DNA from: Cyanidioschyzon merolae
Taxonomy: Eukaryota
Assembly (NCBI GenBank): GCA_000091205.1
Contig: AP006500.2
DNA length: 64,000 nucleotides
Reading direction: 5' to 3' (one strand)
A program made the translations under genes and the position numbers. The notes below the pieces were generated by a model, which was not told where the DNA came from, ran no database searches, and saw only the letters and a list, made by a program, of their open reading frames with translations. Below, piece after piece: positions 46,290 through 58,843 of the stretch. Each line of letters begins with the position of its first letter. The stretch's first letter is position 1.

Positions 46290-47620
46290 TTCAGCCTTTT
46301 GCAATCTGTTTTTCTACCAGCGTCCTTTTTTCTATCTTATCTCCGACAAGAAATACTCACAACTCTCGTTTCTCTTTAGCTTCGTTACAGCAGTCGGAAC
46401 ATGGATATTGCAGTACCAGAGTCCTAATTTCACTGCACTCGGCTACCGTTCACGCATGCCGTGCAAAGACGGCAGTTGCGATGTACGCTTCGCTTGTCAC
46501 TTTCATCTCCTCCGTCCAAAATTTCGTCGAGATTTGGCAGCGGTAGCGGTTGGCTAGGATCAGGTCGCCCCATTCGTCCGCTAGAGCTCCTCCGCCAAAC
46601 GCCGACCTGTGGCGCTTGACTGCTTGCCTCATCACTCGATACGTGAACGTGACGAATGCTGAACCCTCAACTCGATGCTTTGCTCCGTTTCCTCCACCGA
46701 TGCTGTACGCTACGACCGCGGGTCTCTTCTGGGCGATTCCACAGACATGTCTGCTGTTCACTGTCCAGGCAAACACATGACGCTCCATTCGAGAAAGTAT
46801 GTATGGAACGCACAGGGTATCCATGATGAACCAAATCCCCGAAGAAGACTCTAAGTTAGAGACCAAGTCGAGAGATTTCGATCCGTCTACGCTCCGTTCA
46901 TGGGAAACAGGGACGCACTCTTCACCGCAAGCGATCGCCGCGGTGACTCAAGTCCGAGTCCAAGACCCGTTTCCATGCAAGCGCACAAAACAGGAGCCTC
47001 GGGGGCCATATCCCTGGAGAGGTATCATGCAGCTGCTGCCGGTGCTGGTGCTGGTGCAGAGTACCGTTTCACATGTGGCCACATAGAGAGGAGGACATTT
47101 CCTTCGATCAGAATCTACGCTCTGACCGGACAAATTCAGTGACCTTTTCACATGAGATTGTCAGCGAGTCGTCCGAAAACGAGGTCGAGTTTCTGTCCGC
47201 GTTATGCCAGCAGCGCGAACGACAGCACCCACGAGATGCCTTGAAAAAGCAGAATCGAATACTTGTAGACTGCTTGATTTGGGCATGCTACACGTAAGCA
47301 AAGGTAAAACGCGGTGCATTGTATATCGGAGCTGGATAATGAAATCGGCTATTTTATGAACCCTACTTCGAGGGCGTCGTATACCGTCCTGATTCCCGCG
47401 ATGCAACGATTTTCAGTGGCCAGGCGTCGAAGGAACTACACAGAAAACGCGACCGAGAATCTTAAACATACGAACGCATCGGCAAGCCCTAATGACTGCA
47501 CTTGACATAGCAAGCCTGTACATGTAAAATATTCGGAAAAAAACATTACACAGGAACAGGGCACTGTGATCAGTGCTTCGTTTTAATCTGAAACTGATGT
47601 AGGGCACAAATCATGCACTT
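46290..47620 (+). repeat. Dispersed intergenic repeat family, copy A (~1.3 kb)
   Basis: Collinear with copy B: gcggtgactcaagtccgagtccaagacccgtttccatgcaagcgcacaaaacagg ~ gaggtgactcgaatccgagtccaagctcccttgtcatgcaaacagaacagactgg; gcacccacgagatgccttgaaaaagcagaatcgaatacttg ~ gcacccacaagttgccttgaaacagaaaaatcgaacacttg; the 5' blocks (cgttacagcagtcggaacatgg; catcactcgatacgtg) match copies C, D and B. Confidence 0.75.
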
Positions 47621-47791
47621 CGTCATGCCGCTGCCGACCAGCACGCTGGCCCAAGGGCGTCATCGATCCAATCGTCGTCGTTTGATATATGCATGGACAT
47701 TCTAGGTTGGCGTTCCGGCAACAAAGTGTGTTATGAATGGCGCAAGTGGCCCTTCATTTCGCGCGCTACGCCTGCATCCTAGTCAGAGAAA

Positions 47792-48835
47792 CTAGTCCAC
47801 TGGATCGGCAACACCTCCCTCGGTGATAGCAAAGCTCGCTTCGGCCTCAGGGAGCGATGGAGAATCGTAGATCTTGCAGATACGGTTCTCACCGCGACCC
47901 TTGCGAAAATACAGACGAGTTTGGCACGCATGAGCAATGATATTGCCACCAATCGGAACGCGCGGATCAGCAAACATCATGGCGTCGGGTTTCGCGACCA
48001 CCTGGTTTGTTATGACGACCGCTACGCCGAATTCATCAGCGAGGCGCTGGAGGGCGCGCAGGAATCGAGCCATGTGTTGCTGACGGGCGGCAAGCTCGCC
48101 ACGCCCAGAGTAGTCCGTGCGGTAGAGCGCAGTGGCCGAGTCAACAACGACGAGGGCGTAACGGCTTTCGCTCATCAGGCCCGCTGCCTGCATGAGTAAT
48201 TCCATCTGGTGGTCGGTATTATACGCTCTGGCAAATGCAACGTTATCCAGAACATCTTGCGGATCCAGCTGGAAACGCTCCGCAATCTGTACGATGCGCT
48301 CGGGGCGGAAGGTGCCCTCGGTATCGATGTAGAGGGCCTTGCCTTCGGCGCCACCCTCGGCGACAGGCATCTGGCAGGTGACGCACAAGGTGTGACACAG
48401 CTGTGACTTGCCGGTGCGAAACTCCCCGAACAGCTCCGTAATACTCCCTGTTTCAATACCGCCTTGGAGCAACGCGTCGAGCTCCTTACTGCCGGTCGTC
48501 AGAAAAACCAGATCTTTTCGTATTCGATGCACTTCCGTGGCGGTGGTGAAACCAGCCATCACCAACTGGGCTGCGGCAGATTTCAGCTTCTCCGCTTTCG
48601 CTTCGCTAACGCCTTTGATAGAGGTGAGTTGCTTCATGGTCAGGTAGACGACAGCCTCGACACTGTGCACACCGCCCTCCTCTCGTAGCTTTTTCAAGTC
48701 AGAGGCGGTGATACCCTGCACGCCTTCCAGCGCCGCGAGGGGTGTCGGACCCGCAGCAACCGTTTGTTCATTCTTCTCCACTAGATCTTCCTCCAAGGCC
48801 TCAACTGTTGCAGTAGCTTCCACACGACGAGGCAT
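47792..48835 (-). CDS. RAD51: DNA repair/recombination protein RAD51, 348 aa
   Basis: N-terminal HhH region ([14 protein letters not shown]), Walker [38 protein letters not shown] and [10 protein letters not shown] (Rad51-type rather than Dmc1-type TENTFRPDR/YTSEHQ), Walker [14 protein letters not shown]. The track ORF runs to 49309, but its extra N-terminus reads through a (TG)n/(GCGTGT)n repeat (..[10 protein letters not shown]..); the start is called at MPRRVEATA (48835). Confidence 0.95.
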   Translation of the reverse strand: MPRRVEATATVEALEEDLVEKNEQTVAAGPTPLAALEGVQGITASDLKKLREEGGVHSVEAVVYLTMKQLTSIKGVSEAKAEKLKSAAAQLVMAGFTTATEVHRIRKDLVFLTTGSKELDALLQGGIETGSITELFGEFRTGKSQLCHTLCVTCQMPVAEGGAEGKALYIDTEGTFRPERIVQIAERFQLDPQDVLDNVAFARAYNTDHQMELLMQAAGLMSESRYALVVVDSATALYRTDYSGRGELAARQQHMARFLRALQRLADEFGVAVVITNQVVAKPDAMMFADPRVPIGGNIIAHACQTRLYFRKGRGENRICKIYDSPSLPEAEASFAITEGGVADPVD

Positions 48836-51110
48836 GGGTTCTCCGAGTAACGTTCCCGCTGACACGCACACGCAGACGCACACGCACACGCACACGCGCG
48901 GTAGACGCTCCAGTGCCGCGAGGTCGTACGGCGCGTGCGCGCGCTGCTTCCCAGCCCGATGCCAGTTCGAATTCCCGCGGCACCGCGCGATCTCTGACGC
49001 TGCGACGGCGCCTGTGGCGGCGGCGCTCGTACGTACACGAGCGGAATCCGAGGATCGCACGCGATCCATAGGGTGCCATCGCTCGTGGAGCGCCCCCGGA
49101 ATGATGCGGGATGACGCGTTCGCTCCTAGATCATGATAGCTGGCGTGTGATCCGGTATCTCCAGGTCGTCCAGATGATCTGCGGGTAAAAACCCGTCCCT
49201 GCGGCACGTTACCTGCAGCTGCGCGTCGACGACGCCAGCACCTCAACGCGAAACACAGACGCGCACGGGCACGCTGCGCCCTGCGGTGCCGTGCCCCCCA
49301 ACATTCCATCTGCGAGTTTCGGAGGATGCGCAGCGAATACGGATGGTATTCATGTTCAGGTTGGGTCTGTGCGGTCCCGGATATTATTTCGACACTTCCC
49401 TATCAACGGTATGGATACAGAAGCGGCATTCGGGTGCGTTTTGACGGACTCATCGAGGTCATGAAAGCGCCGCTGTCTTCAGCCTGGTTCCAAAGATTCC
49501 GAGTCGCGATCCATGGCGCGTCGAAACGACACGTGATCTCGATGCCTAGGCGAGCCGCATAGGTGGTGTCGTAATCGAGACCCGCCGTGTGTATCAAGCT
49601 TGGTTTCGGTTCAGGACGCCCTCAAGCGGAGGTCGCAAAACGCAACGTGCGTGTTGCAGATGGAAACCCGACTCGAGAAGCACTCGCGGCACTTGCGCTG
49701 CCAAACTCGGAGTCGCCGGCCGAATCGCGTCATCGGACAGGAACCGTTGACTTGATTCTTGCGAAACATATCGTGGCAAAGGCCGACGTTCAGTTTTCAG
49801 ATTCCAGAAGCACAGTTCGATGCGGCTGCTTTTGTGCCACCGCGTCTTGAAGGTAATCTCTAGCACGGCCCCAGGTGGTGGTGTCGGCGGCCGAAGGCGT
49901 ACGCGTCGCTACGTGATGCTGCCCTCGTTGCAGTTGATGACGTTACATCGTGTCGCACTCATATAACAAAGTCCCCGACAAGTGTGACAGGCGTTTACGT
50001 ACACAAACAATAACCGGCGCGATCCTACCATGAGCCTAGTCACATCTGGAAGTATCGGGACGGCAGAACGTGCGTGGCGCTTCAGCGGTGCACTCGCAGT
50101 CGCTGATGCGATGATGGATCGCAGGTAGCACGGATCGTGTGCTGAACCGAAACAGATGCAGCGCTGTTGGAGATGTGTCAAGTGCCGGGTACACTGCACG
50201 AAGCGAACGCTGTGCAATCCTAATCGGCCTGCTCCGTTCCAAGATAGGAAATGCCGCGAAAAGATCAGCCAAAGCAGGTTGCTCCTGTTTCAGTCAGCGC
50301 GGAGCCGAATGGTGCAATGACTGCTGGATCTTGACTGGCATGCGAAATGCATCAGCCGCAGCGGTAGACACAGAAGCGAAAGTTGAGTAAGTCAGGCCAG
50401 GTCGCCTACGGTAGTCCGCCTTCCCAGATGCCCTTGTTCCGGGGACAGATTTGTTTCGTCGCTGCGTATCGCATCATGAACCCGAACGCGTCTACCTGAG
50501 CGAGCGTAGGTTACGTGCAAGCGTTGCGCCATAACCGAGCGTCAATGATCCAGTTTCGTACGACGAACCCGCGGTATTCACGTATCCAACAAGGATCGCA
50601 GCAGCTTGATCGAGCTCCCGAAATAGCGTCATGCGGTGGTGCCTGCGTGACAGGATAACCTGCACGAAGGTCAAGAGAGGCAGCGTCCAAAACATGAACA
50701 GCGAAAGCGGGAACCACCGCGCTCATAAACGATGCTTCGCAAAAATAATTCTTGGTCGCTGGACGCTTTTTTGCATCCTGGAAAACATCGTTTGCTTCAT
50801 CGATGGTACACCATGAGTGAACACCGGTGCGAGCATGCTCGAACAGCGATGCGCAGTGCGTGCCTACGTGTCCGCAGAGCGGAACTGTTTGCAGTTTACA
50901 GACTTCACTGGAGCGCACTGCACAAGTTATCCGCTCAGCGCTGGCACAAACTGAACTTGGTATAAACGGACGGGAGTCTGACTGGCTCGGGGGCTCCTCA
51001 GTGACCGCCAGCGTGCAGGTTGTCTCTGTGAAGCTCACCAGCACTGGTGCAATCGAGTTTGACGAACGAGCACTCGCCTGCCGTGAACGCTCTGCGCACC
51101 TAGCACCAAT

Positions 51111-51995
51111 ATGGAACGGGAACCAGGTGCACCTTATGCTGTCGGCAGTGAACCTGTAGGCAGTTTTCCGCGGCGGCAAGTGCTCTTCCAGGACCTGACC
51201 TCAACTCTCTGCACTTTTGCGTTGTCGTTGGCAGCACTGGCTGTCAGTATAGGCCTCGGGTTCGCGCGACCAACTGTGAGGCCTTTTTTCGTCAACGACG
51301 CGAATCATTGGTACCCGTTCAGAAACGAGACGCTGCCATACTTTGTACTGCTTTTGGTTGGACTCGTTGTCCTGACGCCCGTCATCGCACTGTACGAGTT
51401 TTTTGTGTACCTGGAGCGAGAGTCGTTCTTCGCGGCTCTGAATCACGTGCTTGGTTTCATCTCTGCGTTCGCATGGAGCTCCATGACGACTCAGTGCATC
51501 AAACTGTACGCGGGGAGCTTGCGGCCGGACTTTGGCTCCCGATGTTTCGGTAACGGCAAGTTCCCGCCGGCTGCCTACAGCCCCGGCGTCGTGCTCAGTA
51601 ACATGGAGTGCACTGTCGCCGATGCGCGCTTCTTGAACAGCGGTCGCATGTCGTTTGTCAGTGGTCATACGTCCACCGCGATGGTATTCGCGACCTACTT
51701 TGCCCTCTTCCTCAGTCGTCGTGCCCGAATGCTTCCAGAGACGCGCTTCAGGTGGCTGAAGACCAACCTCATGTATCTGGGTGCACTCATCACGCTGCTC
51801 ATGGCGATATTCGTCGGGGTTTCGCGCATTGTGGATAATCGGCACTTTCCGGCTGACGTGGTTGGCGGTGCCTTGGTCGGCATAGGCTTTGCTTTGGGCA
51901 TTTTCATGCTCATTGAAAGCAATGTGCGCATTTTACATGATAAGAAGTATCATCCGTTATCGTTTAATGGATTTGAGCGTCCGCCAGTTGTCTAA
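51111..51995 (+). CDS. PAP2-superfamily lipid phosphate phosphatase, 294 aa, multi-pass membrane
   Basis: The three PAP2 motifs are present in order: KLYAGSLRPDF (KxxxxxxRP), SFVSGHTS (PSGH) and SRIVDNRHFPADVVGGALVG (SRxxxxxHxxxD), embedded in ~6 hydrophobic segments. Confidence 0.85.
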   Translation: MEREPGAPYAVGSEPVGSFPRRQVLFQDLTSTLCTFALSLAALAVSIGLGFARPTVRPFFVNDANHWYPFRNETLPYFVLLLVGLVVLTPVIALYEFFVYLERESFFAALNHVLGFISAFAWSSMTTQCIKLYAGSLRPDFGSRCFGNGKFPPAAYSPGVVLSNMECTVADARFLNSGRMSFVSGHTSTAMVFATYFALFLSRRARMLPETRFRWLKTNLMYLGALITLLMAIFVGVSRIVDNRHFPADVVGGALVGIGFALGIFMLIESNVRILHDKKYHPLSFNGFERPPVV

Positions 51996-52472
51996 ACGAC
52001 GAGCAGTGCTTGCGTTGACGGATGTCGTTGAGCCGGACATGCGTTTGTGCGGCTTTCGATCATAGCGGCGGCCGCCCGTCGTTGTCATCGTCGTCGTCGT
52101 CGTTGCTGCTGGGAGAAATTCCTTGCGGAGAAGCAGCAGCTTCTCAGTTGTCTTGCGACGGGGTGCTTAACGCTCGCTCTCGAGGTCCGGCGAGAATCTG
52201 GTTATTCTGGTTCCGTCGAGAGGAGCATGTTTGGGTGGTAGTCGGTTCCAGTCGCTGCCTCCAAACAGCTTCCCCACTGTTTCATATGGATTCTTAGGGA
52301 TCAACAACTGCTGGATCCATCGCTTTCTGGATAGCATAGACGCATTCACAAAACATTCATGGATGGCGCTGTTCGAGAAACTCTGGCTAATGGTTGACCC
52401 GTACAGCACTTGACAGGCACCGGCAGCAACCTACACGTGCAGCAGCTGCACCCGAAACTTCCGTTCTATGCG

Positions 52473-54095
52473 TCATGCAGGTGCCTCTTCGATTGTCCAA
52501 GGCGATGCTGAGTTCCTCGTCGCAGGCGCCCGCTGAAAGCGACGGCTGAACCGAAGCATGCCGTACAGAATGAGTCCAGTCGCCACCGTTATCGCTGCAG
52601 AGATCGCCGACCAGAGCCCACTGAGCACCGCCATCGCCATACAGCAGAAGAGGCCGCAACCAGTGACATAGAAGAGACCCCAGAAGCCGCCTCCTATCCG
52701 AAAGGGCCGGTCTCGGTCGGGCCACTTTCTTCGCAGCACCGCCAGCGCAATGAATTCCAAAGCAACCTTAAGGCAGTACAGGGTAGAGTCGATTTGGATG
52801 AGCACATTGAACGGTAGTGCGGTGAAACAGCCCGTTCCGAGTCCAATGATGAGCACACAGACCCATGGTGTGCGAAAGCGTGGATGCAGCACACCAAGCC
52901 CCCCCGGCAGCATCTCCATGCGCGTCATTCCATATAGCGCCCTCGAGGATGTCGCTACGAGGCTGCTGAGCATGCCTGCCGCGCTGCACATGCCACCGAT
53001 ACTCACGAGGATGCCAAGCCAGTGACCACCAGCGAGACGGTTCGCTGCAGTCGGCCAGAAAGCGTCCCGCCACTCACTCCACACGTGATTCGTGGATACC
53101 GCTGCAGCGATCGGCAGCGTGAAGATCATCATGGTCAGCAACAGCACAATGACCATCGCTCGCGGAAAGGTTCGGTGGACGTCAACGATCTCACCAGCAA
53201 TGGTGGAACAAGAATCAAAGCCACACCAGTTCCACAAGAGCGCTGCGAGGAAGAGTCGCCAGTTGACCTCCGTTAGCGGTCGTGTGCTCAACCATGCCTC
53301 CGGACGGGTTTGACGGAAACCAAAGACGCAGATCAGGAGAAAGGGAGAGATGACCACCACGGTAAAGAGCACTGCGACCCAGCCGACGATGCTCACTCCG
53401 AGAATATTGACTATTGTACACAGTGCTAAAACGAGTAAACCGCAAAACCAACTACCATAGACGCCGAGCACGGGTGCTACGCGCACGATGTAATCGCTGA
53501 AAAGTCGCGGGAAGAGGGCGTTATCCACCAAGGAGTCGACGAAACTCCACCATCCTTGCTGGAAGCCTGTGAACGGGCCCATTGCGGCCTCGACCCAGAG
53601 CACGTAGCCACCGTCTTCGGGAATCAGTGTAGCTAGCTCGGACGCCATCAGGGCCTGGGGTAAAGCCCAGAGCCAGGGCACCACGAGCATTGCAAGCAGT
53701 GCCCATCGGGGACCGGCGGCACCTACGATAGGCTCCAGGCCGTAACCGCCACCCGAGGTCAGTAGGAAGAGCATTCCAACCACCTGGAGGAGACTCAGCG
53801 CGCGGGGCGGATTCGTTTTCGCTGCGGACATACTGGACGCTACTCGGGCGTCGAGTTGGTCGACGGGTTCCAGGTGAACATTGCCCGGTGACTTGCCCTC
53901 GCCAACAGCGTCGTCAGCTGAGGGCGTGCGACCCATCGTCGCCAGTACGGTGACAAGGTCCTTGTTCTGTACGACTCGAGACTCTATCCGCGTGGTGGTA
54001 GCGGGCACCTCGGTCGTCCAGCGAACGAACGACGCATACACGGAGCAGCGACGGGCTCGCGGGTGCTCGCACGAGCCAGACGACGCGACGTTCAC
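52473..54095 (-). CDS. APC-superfamily amino-acid/polyamine transporter (LAT/PUT-type), 540 aa, ~12 TM
   Basis: Multiple hydrophobic helices. The conserved block MASELATLIPEDGGYVLWVEAAMGPFTGFQQGWWSF resembles plant PUT/trypanosomatid polyamine permeases (SAELATAFPENGG..VW...LGPFWGFQ.GW). The start may be the internal MGRTPSADD. Confidence 0.82.
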   Translation of the reverse strand: MNVASSGSCEHPRARRCSVYASFVRWTTEVPATTTRIESRVVQNKDLVTVLATMGRTPSADDAVGEGKSPGNVHLEPVDQLDARVASSMSAAKTNPPRALSLLQVVGMLFLLTSGGGYGLEPIVGAAGPRWALLAMLVVPWLWALPQALMASELATLIPEDGGYVLWVEAAMGPFTGFQQGWWSFVDSLVDNALFPRLFSDYIVRVAPVLGVYGSWFCGLLVLALCTIVNILGVSIVGWVAVLFTVVVISPFLLICVFGFRQTRPEAWLSTRPLTEVNWRLFLAALLWNWCGFDSCSTIAGEIVDVHRTFPRAMVIVLLLTMMIFTLPIAAAVSTNHVWSEWRDAFWPTAANRLAGGHWLGILVSIGGMCSAAGMLSSLVATSSRALYGMTRMEMLPGGLGVLHPRFRTPWVCVLIIGLGTGCFTALPFNVLIQIDSTLYCLKVALEFIALAVLRRKWPDRDRPFRIGGGFWGLFYVTGCGLFCCMAMAVLSGLWSAISAAITVATGLILYGMLRFSRRFQRAPATRNSASPWTIEEAPA

Positions 54096-54989
54096 CAGAA
54101 GCTAGCTTTCAAGACCAGCGTCGGTGCCCGGAGCGACTTGCTTCAGCCTACGTTCGTCGCTGGAGTCGCAATGAGTTCGTGGTGGCGGGCTAGCAGGTGC
54201 GTACTGAACGCCCTGGCACACACCAGGACAGCGGCTCAGCTACTACGTGGTTACGTTGCAGCGCAGCGGCCGCAACGGAAACCCGGATGTGCCTGAATGC
54301 CTGCGGCATTGCAAAACATTCGTTTTCGATACGAACTCGAGTAAGGAGTGTTTCGAAGACGTTACTTTTTTCGTCTGCAAGTTTTCAGAAGACGTTCAAG
54401 CTTGTCGAAAGCGGTCAATCATTGATTCATGCATTCGAGTCTCCGAGCGCATTCGCTTCGTTCGGTACAGCGTTGCTGGACCTTGGCATAGCAACGCGCT
54501 ACTCAGCACGATCGAGGAACGTCGCTTAGCGAGTTCGAGCCTCGTCGATGTGTTTGTGTGCGTATATGTATATTCAGAGAGAGGCTGGACGAAGAAGAAC
54601 TCGAGTACCGTAGCGTTCTTCAACTTTGAGCGAGCACTGCCGCCATTCGCCTGGCCATATCCCTAAACTGGACAGTAGACGAGGTACCGTCTCAAACAAT
54701 GCATACCACAGGCATCTATGCTTTTGCTAAGAATCAAGTTTTTCCAGGCATGACGCTGGAGATCGCCGTTGGACCAGAGCTGGTGCTGGTGAGTGTTTAC
54801 CTCGCTGTCCGCAGCAAGCTCGGAAACTGCCTCGAGTCTGGCTCCGCACCGATATGTTCTCAGAGATTTTAGGCAAGAATGGAAGGGGTCCTCTTGCCTA
54901 ACTCGGGCGTAGACACGAAATCTTGGGTTAAGTACCAGTGTCTTTAACACTGGCTCTTTGCAAGCGTTCTCTGCAGCCGCCTACTTTTC

Positions 54990-56240
54990 CACCCGGCTGT
55001 ATCCGGCTTTAGATACGCCGGTCTCTGTTTTCCCTCCAGTTTCGTTGTCCGTAGTCGAAGGATGTTGGTGGTAGTGTTCAAGTTCCGACTGTGCTGTTTG
55101 TAGCTCCTGTCGACGACTTTCATCAATAGGTGGTCGTCGTAGTACCGCTCAGCGCATCGCTTGCCATTTGCACCTTCGCTGTATACGGCCTCGGTGTACC
55201 ATCCGCAGCGATGACACTAGCCTGGCGTCAGACGTTCGTCAAGGTGTGTCCACGAAGCAGCCTCGAAAAGCTGCCCGGTCACGTCTGAAGGCGTGCTGCA
55301 TCGCTCGATACATGTGTTTGACGGGTCCAGAGGGCTCGCGTTGATACCCATGTTCGTTATGGCGCCCGGTGACGTACGCGATGACCAGAGACCTCCTCTG
55401 GGTGTTCCTCTCTCGACGAGTACGCTGCCTGATGCACGCGCTAGCGCACGCTGCCCCATTCAAAAGACGATTGGGGGAACGCGCTCATGTACATGACGGA
55501 CAAAGTACGGAAGTGCTGTCTGAAGCGGGCGAGAATGCTCGATTCTTTACGCTCCCTCTATACACAACAGTGGCGTACGCTTCACCGGAGGCGATCGTCG
55601 AGGTGACTCGAATCCGAGTCCAAGCTCCCTTGTCATGCAAACAGAACAGACTGGATCCTCTGGGAGCGTTTCCCACGTGAGGTATCGAGCATCGTTGGAA
55701 TCCCGGTTCGTCGATGACCATACAGGTAGACGTATTTGTCTTTCGAAAGGAATCGATTACGATTTAATGTGAGGATTCCAGTAACTTTTCGTCATGAGCT
55801 TCTGAAACAGTCGACCAAGGATGGCATTGAGTAATTCTTATCGTCGATCTGGTGGCGCCAATGGCTGCACCCACAAGTTGCCTTGAAACAGAAAAATCGA
55901 ACACTTGAAATCTGCGTGGCGTAAGCATGCGACGCATGAGGAAAAGAGAAGAACGCAGGTTTGCGCGTTTGCAGTAGATCTTGGTAGGGATTGTTTCACG
56001 AACGGGTATTTGAGGGCGCTGCGAATCTTCTTGACTCTGGTGACGTAAAGAACTCCAGTCGTGTAGCGTCGAAAGAGCCATTCCGAAAAGACGATCGAGA
56101 ATCGTAAATACACGCACGAAACTCAAGCCCTCACAGCTGCATTCCGAATATCGGTATGGAGCATACGAGAGAGACTTTGGAAATTATCCCAAGGCAGGAA
56201 CAGCGGAACCCGTACCGTTCTGCATTTTAATCGGAGACGC
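54990..56240 (+). repeat. Dispersed intergenic repeat family, copy B (~1.25 kb, the most complete reference copy)
   Basis: Shares ordered blocks with copies C (5' third), D, A (whole length), E and F. See the alignments quoted under those features. Confidence 0.75.
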
Positions 56241-56430
56241 TTCTCGCGTATGAGAGATGCATGGCCAAGTTCCAGCACCGGCCGCCGTCACGAGTAGCGT
56301 AGACGTTTATGAACACACTGTGCAGATTTTAGACCAGGACAAGCGTACGTTGCCCCGCGACGTTGCCTGTACAGCCTATTCTGCACGCAGTACGCGCATG
56401 CTCGCGTGCATGCGTACGCATTGCCACGCG

Positions 56431-56462
56431 CACACACACGTACACACACACACACACACACA
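56431..56462. repeat. (CA)n microsatellite inside repeat copy B flank
   Basis: Direct read: cacacacacgtacacacacacacacacacacac. Confidence 0.85.
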
Positions 56463-56839
56463 CTGGTAAAGACCTCATCATCTGCATGCGTCTGAAGGTA
56501 CACAGAACGTCGACGAGCTCCCGCTGCCGTCCGCAGTACCAACGATCCCCGCAACCGTGGATTGTCTTGGGTATTTTGTCGCTGGAAGCGCGAGTCACGC
56601 TTGTTGCGTCCCGATTCCCGACCCGATGTCGGGAATGTGAAAGCACTCGAATGCGATCCAGAGGAGCCGACGGTGAACCTGTCGTGTGCAGAATCGTTCA
56701 ACTTGGGAAATGAACCCGCCTCGGATGATTGCGAAACTCTGCAGTCCATGCGATAGCCACAAGTTGGAATGGCACCATAACTGGCAACGGAGATGCATAC
56801 CGGTGCGCAGCAGACCTGATCGCCATGCGTCCATGACGG

Positions 56840-58843
56840 TTACGGCTTCTCGGGTACAGCAGCGGGCAAGTTGTTCTCCTCCGATTCGGACACGCGGAAA
56901 TAAAACAGGAGGTAGGCTTGCGCCTGGAGGACCTCATCTAATGTACAGCTACGGATATGTCGATCACTGCAGTAGAACCACTGCTGGTTGCTTGTGGCAA
57001 CTCTCCTGGCTCGCACATAGGCTACGTAGTGACCAAAGTGCAGTGTACCGTTGTGCTCAACAACACCACATAGTTCGTATCGAACACGCGCAAGATCCGC
57101 CGCAACCATCGGAGCCAGCGCCTCTGTTTCAGAGAGCTCACCCAAAGATAGCGTCTCCGGGAAACTGATATGATCGTCTATTTTGGTAACGTATCCGACG
57201 TCCAGCTGCGTAAAGCGTTTCATGTGCAGTACAAGACAGCGCGGGGCGTTCTCCAGACGCATCCACTTGCGAGCTTTCAGCGGAGCCGCTTCCCAGTCAG
57301 AGACCGTCTCGCTGGCGTGGCCCGCTGCCGCCGAGTCTCCAGAATGGAAACCGTTGGATGTGCTCACAGCGCCTGCACCCGTCTGCGAACCGGGAGGTAT
57401 GCTCTCGCATCGCACCCCGTTCGCCGTGTTGATGTCGGGTAACGCTGACGAAGTACACGACGTGGACTGTTCCTTGTTGGACGCTAATTTCTCCGAACTG
57501 TTTTTTTCTGCATCATGTCCTGTGGTGGCACACTCTTTGGATGTCTGCGTGCTCTGCACCAGTTCAATGACTTCTGTGCGTGCCCATTCTGCAATACATT
57601 CGCCAAGTCGGGTGCATACCTCAGACATTTGCGATGAGCCATGCACGCTGTTCTTCGAATGCATCGGTTCGCAGGTGAGGGCTAGGAGTCCTCCGTGTAC
57701 ACCTATGCCCGTGGATGATGCTCGTGTCGCGGAGCAAGCTCTCGACGCCGAATCTCTGCACGCAGGCTCGTCATCCAGCTCAACGTCGTCAAACAGAGAA
57801 GAGACGCAAGCGAGGCGACAATCTGATTCGTCGTAGTCTTCATCCTCGGAATAGCTTCTGTTGTTAGCCTGCATCAGGCTTCGACTTTGATTCCACTCCG
57901 TTTCAGATAGATCCGTGCCGTCTAGGTTTTGTCTACGCGCGTCTGCACCCGCTTTGGGCGCATCCTTGCCGTCAACGGAACAACCACTTGCGCACATGTC
58001 TCTGGTTCCCGCTCGCTGCTCTTCGTTTCGACCGCCTCGTACACGAGCATCTCCACTTTGTCTAAGGCGAAGTATTGGCAACGACAACGCAAGGCACTCC
58101 TCGTGTCGCACTTGTGGTTTCCCGCCTGAGCTCGGCATCTCCAGTCGGTCTTCTACGCGGCATTCGAAGATATCTCGCACGAAACTGCGTGCCTGCTCGA
58201 CCGTTTTCGCCGAGTCCGGTGTCTTCGACATACTCTTCCCTGCCCGCAGTCGTTCTTGCTCCTCATCGTCTATGGTCCAGAGAAGTGCCAACAGCAGCTC
58301 ATGGGCGTCCTGCTGTGCCCAGCCTTTGAAACGTGGACATTTCTCGCCGATCTCCTCGAAAAGTCGGCGGGTGGCACGCTCCAGGGCAGCACTGTCGTTC
58401 GTATGGTTTGGAGCGCTGCTACCAGCAGCTATGTCACTTTCCGTTCCAGTTGAAGAGTCGGCAAATATACGCTTCTGCGCGCGTTGTCGCTCATGCCGCC
58501 AAAGGGTCATGAGAAACAACCGCAGTGCAAGCGTCACCGCTCCCTCGAATCGAACGATTGCGTTACTCTTAGTGCTCTGGAAGTATGACTGCAAGGAAGG
58601 TAATCGCGCAAGACACTGGAGAACAGAGTTGAAAAAGCATGTGTTGCCAAGGTTCTCAAGTCCCGCTGGTATGCATAGCTCCTGTTCGGAGTCCGACGGG
58701 GGCTCTGCCGCCGGTGAAGGAGGCGTTTCACAAACCGTGCCCCTACCGTGCCGGTTTTCAGCGCGTGCTTTCTTCCGCGCGTGCCCCTTTTTTCCACCAC
58801 GCCGAGGCCTGCCCCGCGACATGGATCCTCGCAACGAGCGCAC
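56840..58843 (-). CDS. Ubiquitin carboxyl-terminal hydrolase (USP/UBP family deubiquitinase), 667 aa
   Basis: Cys-box GLENLGNTCFFNSVLQCL near the N-terminus and His-box GHYVAYVRA near the C-terminus, with a long low-complexity insert between them, as is common in USPs. Confidence 0.9.
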   Translation of the reverse strand: MRSLRGSMSRGRPRRGGKKGHARKKARAENRHGRGTVCETPPSPAAEPPSDSEQELCIPAGLENLGNTCFFNSVLQCLARLPSLQSYFQSTKSNAIVRFEGAVTLALRLFLMTLWRHERQRAQKRIFADSSTGTESDIAAGSSAPNHTNDSAALERATRRLFEEIGEKCPRFKGWAQQDAHELLLALLWTIDDEEQERLRAGKSMSKTPDSAKTVEQARSFVRDIFECRVEDRLEMPSSGGKPQVRHEECLALSLPILRLRQSGDARVRGGRNEEQRAGTRDMCASGCSVDGKDAPKAGADARRQNLDGTDLSETEWNQSRSLMQANNRSYSEDEDYDESDCRLACVSSLFDDVELDDEPACRDSASRACSATRASSTGIGVHGGLLALTCEPMHSKNSVHGSSQMSEVCTRLGECIAEWARTEVIELVQSTQTSKECATTGHDAEKNSSEKLASNKEQSTSCTSSALPDINTANGVRCESIPPGSQTGAGAVSTSNGFHSGDSAAAGHASETVSDWEAAPLKARKWMRLENAPRCLVLHMKRFTQLDVGYVTKIDDHISFPETLSLGELSETEALAPMVAADLARVRYELCGVVEHNGTLHFGHYVAYVRARRVATSNQQWFYCSDRHIRSCTLDEVLQAQAYLLFYFRVSESEENNLPAAVPEKP

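Noticed and set aside
50511-51179. 222-aa minus-strand ORF upstream of and overlapping the PAP2 gene start
   Set aside because: No recognisable domain. It overlaps the 5' end of a well-supported + strand gene and its promoter. GC-rich sequence readily gives ORFs of this size by chance.
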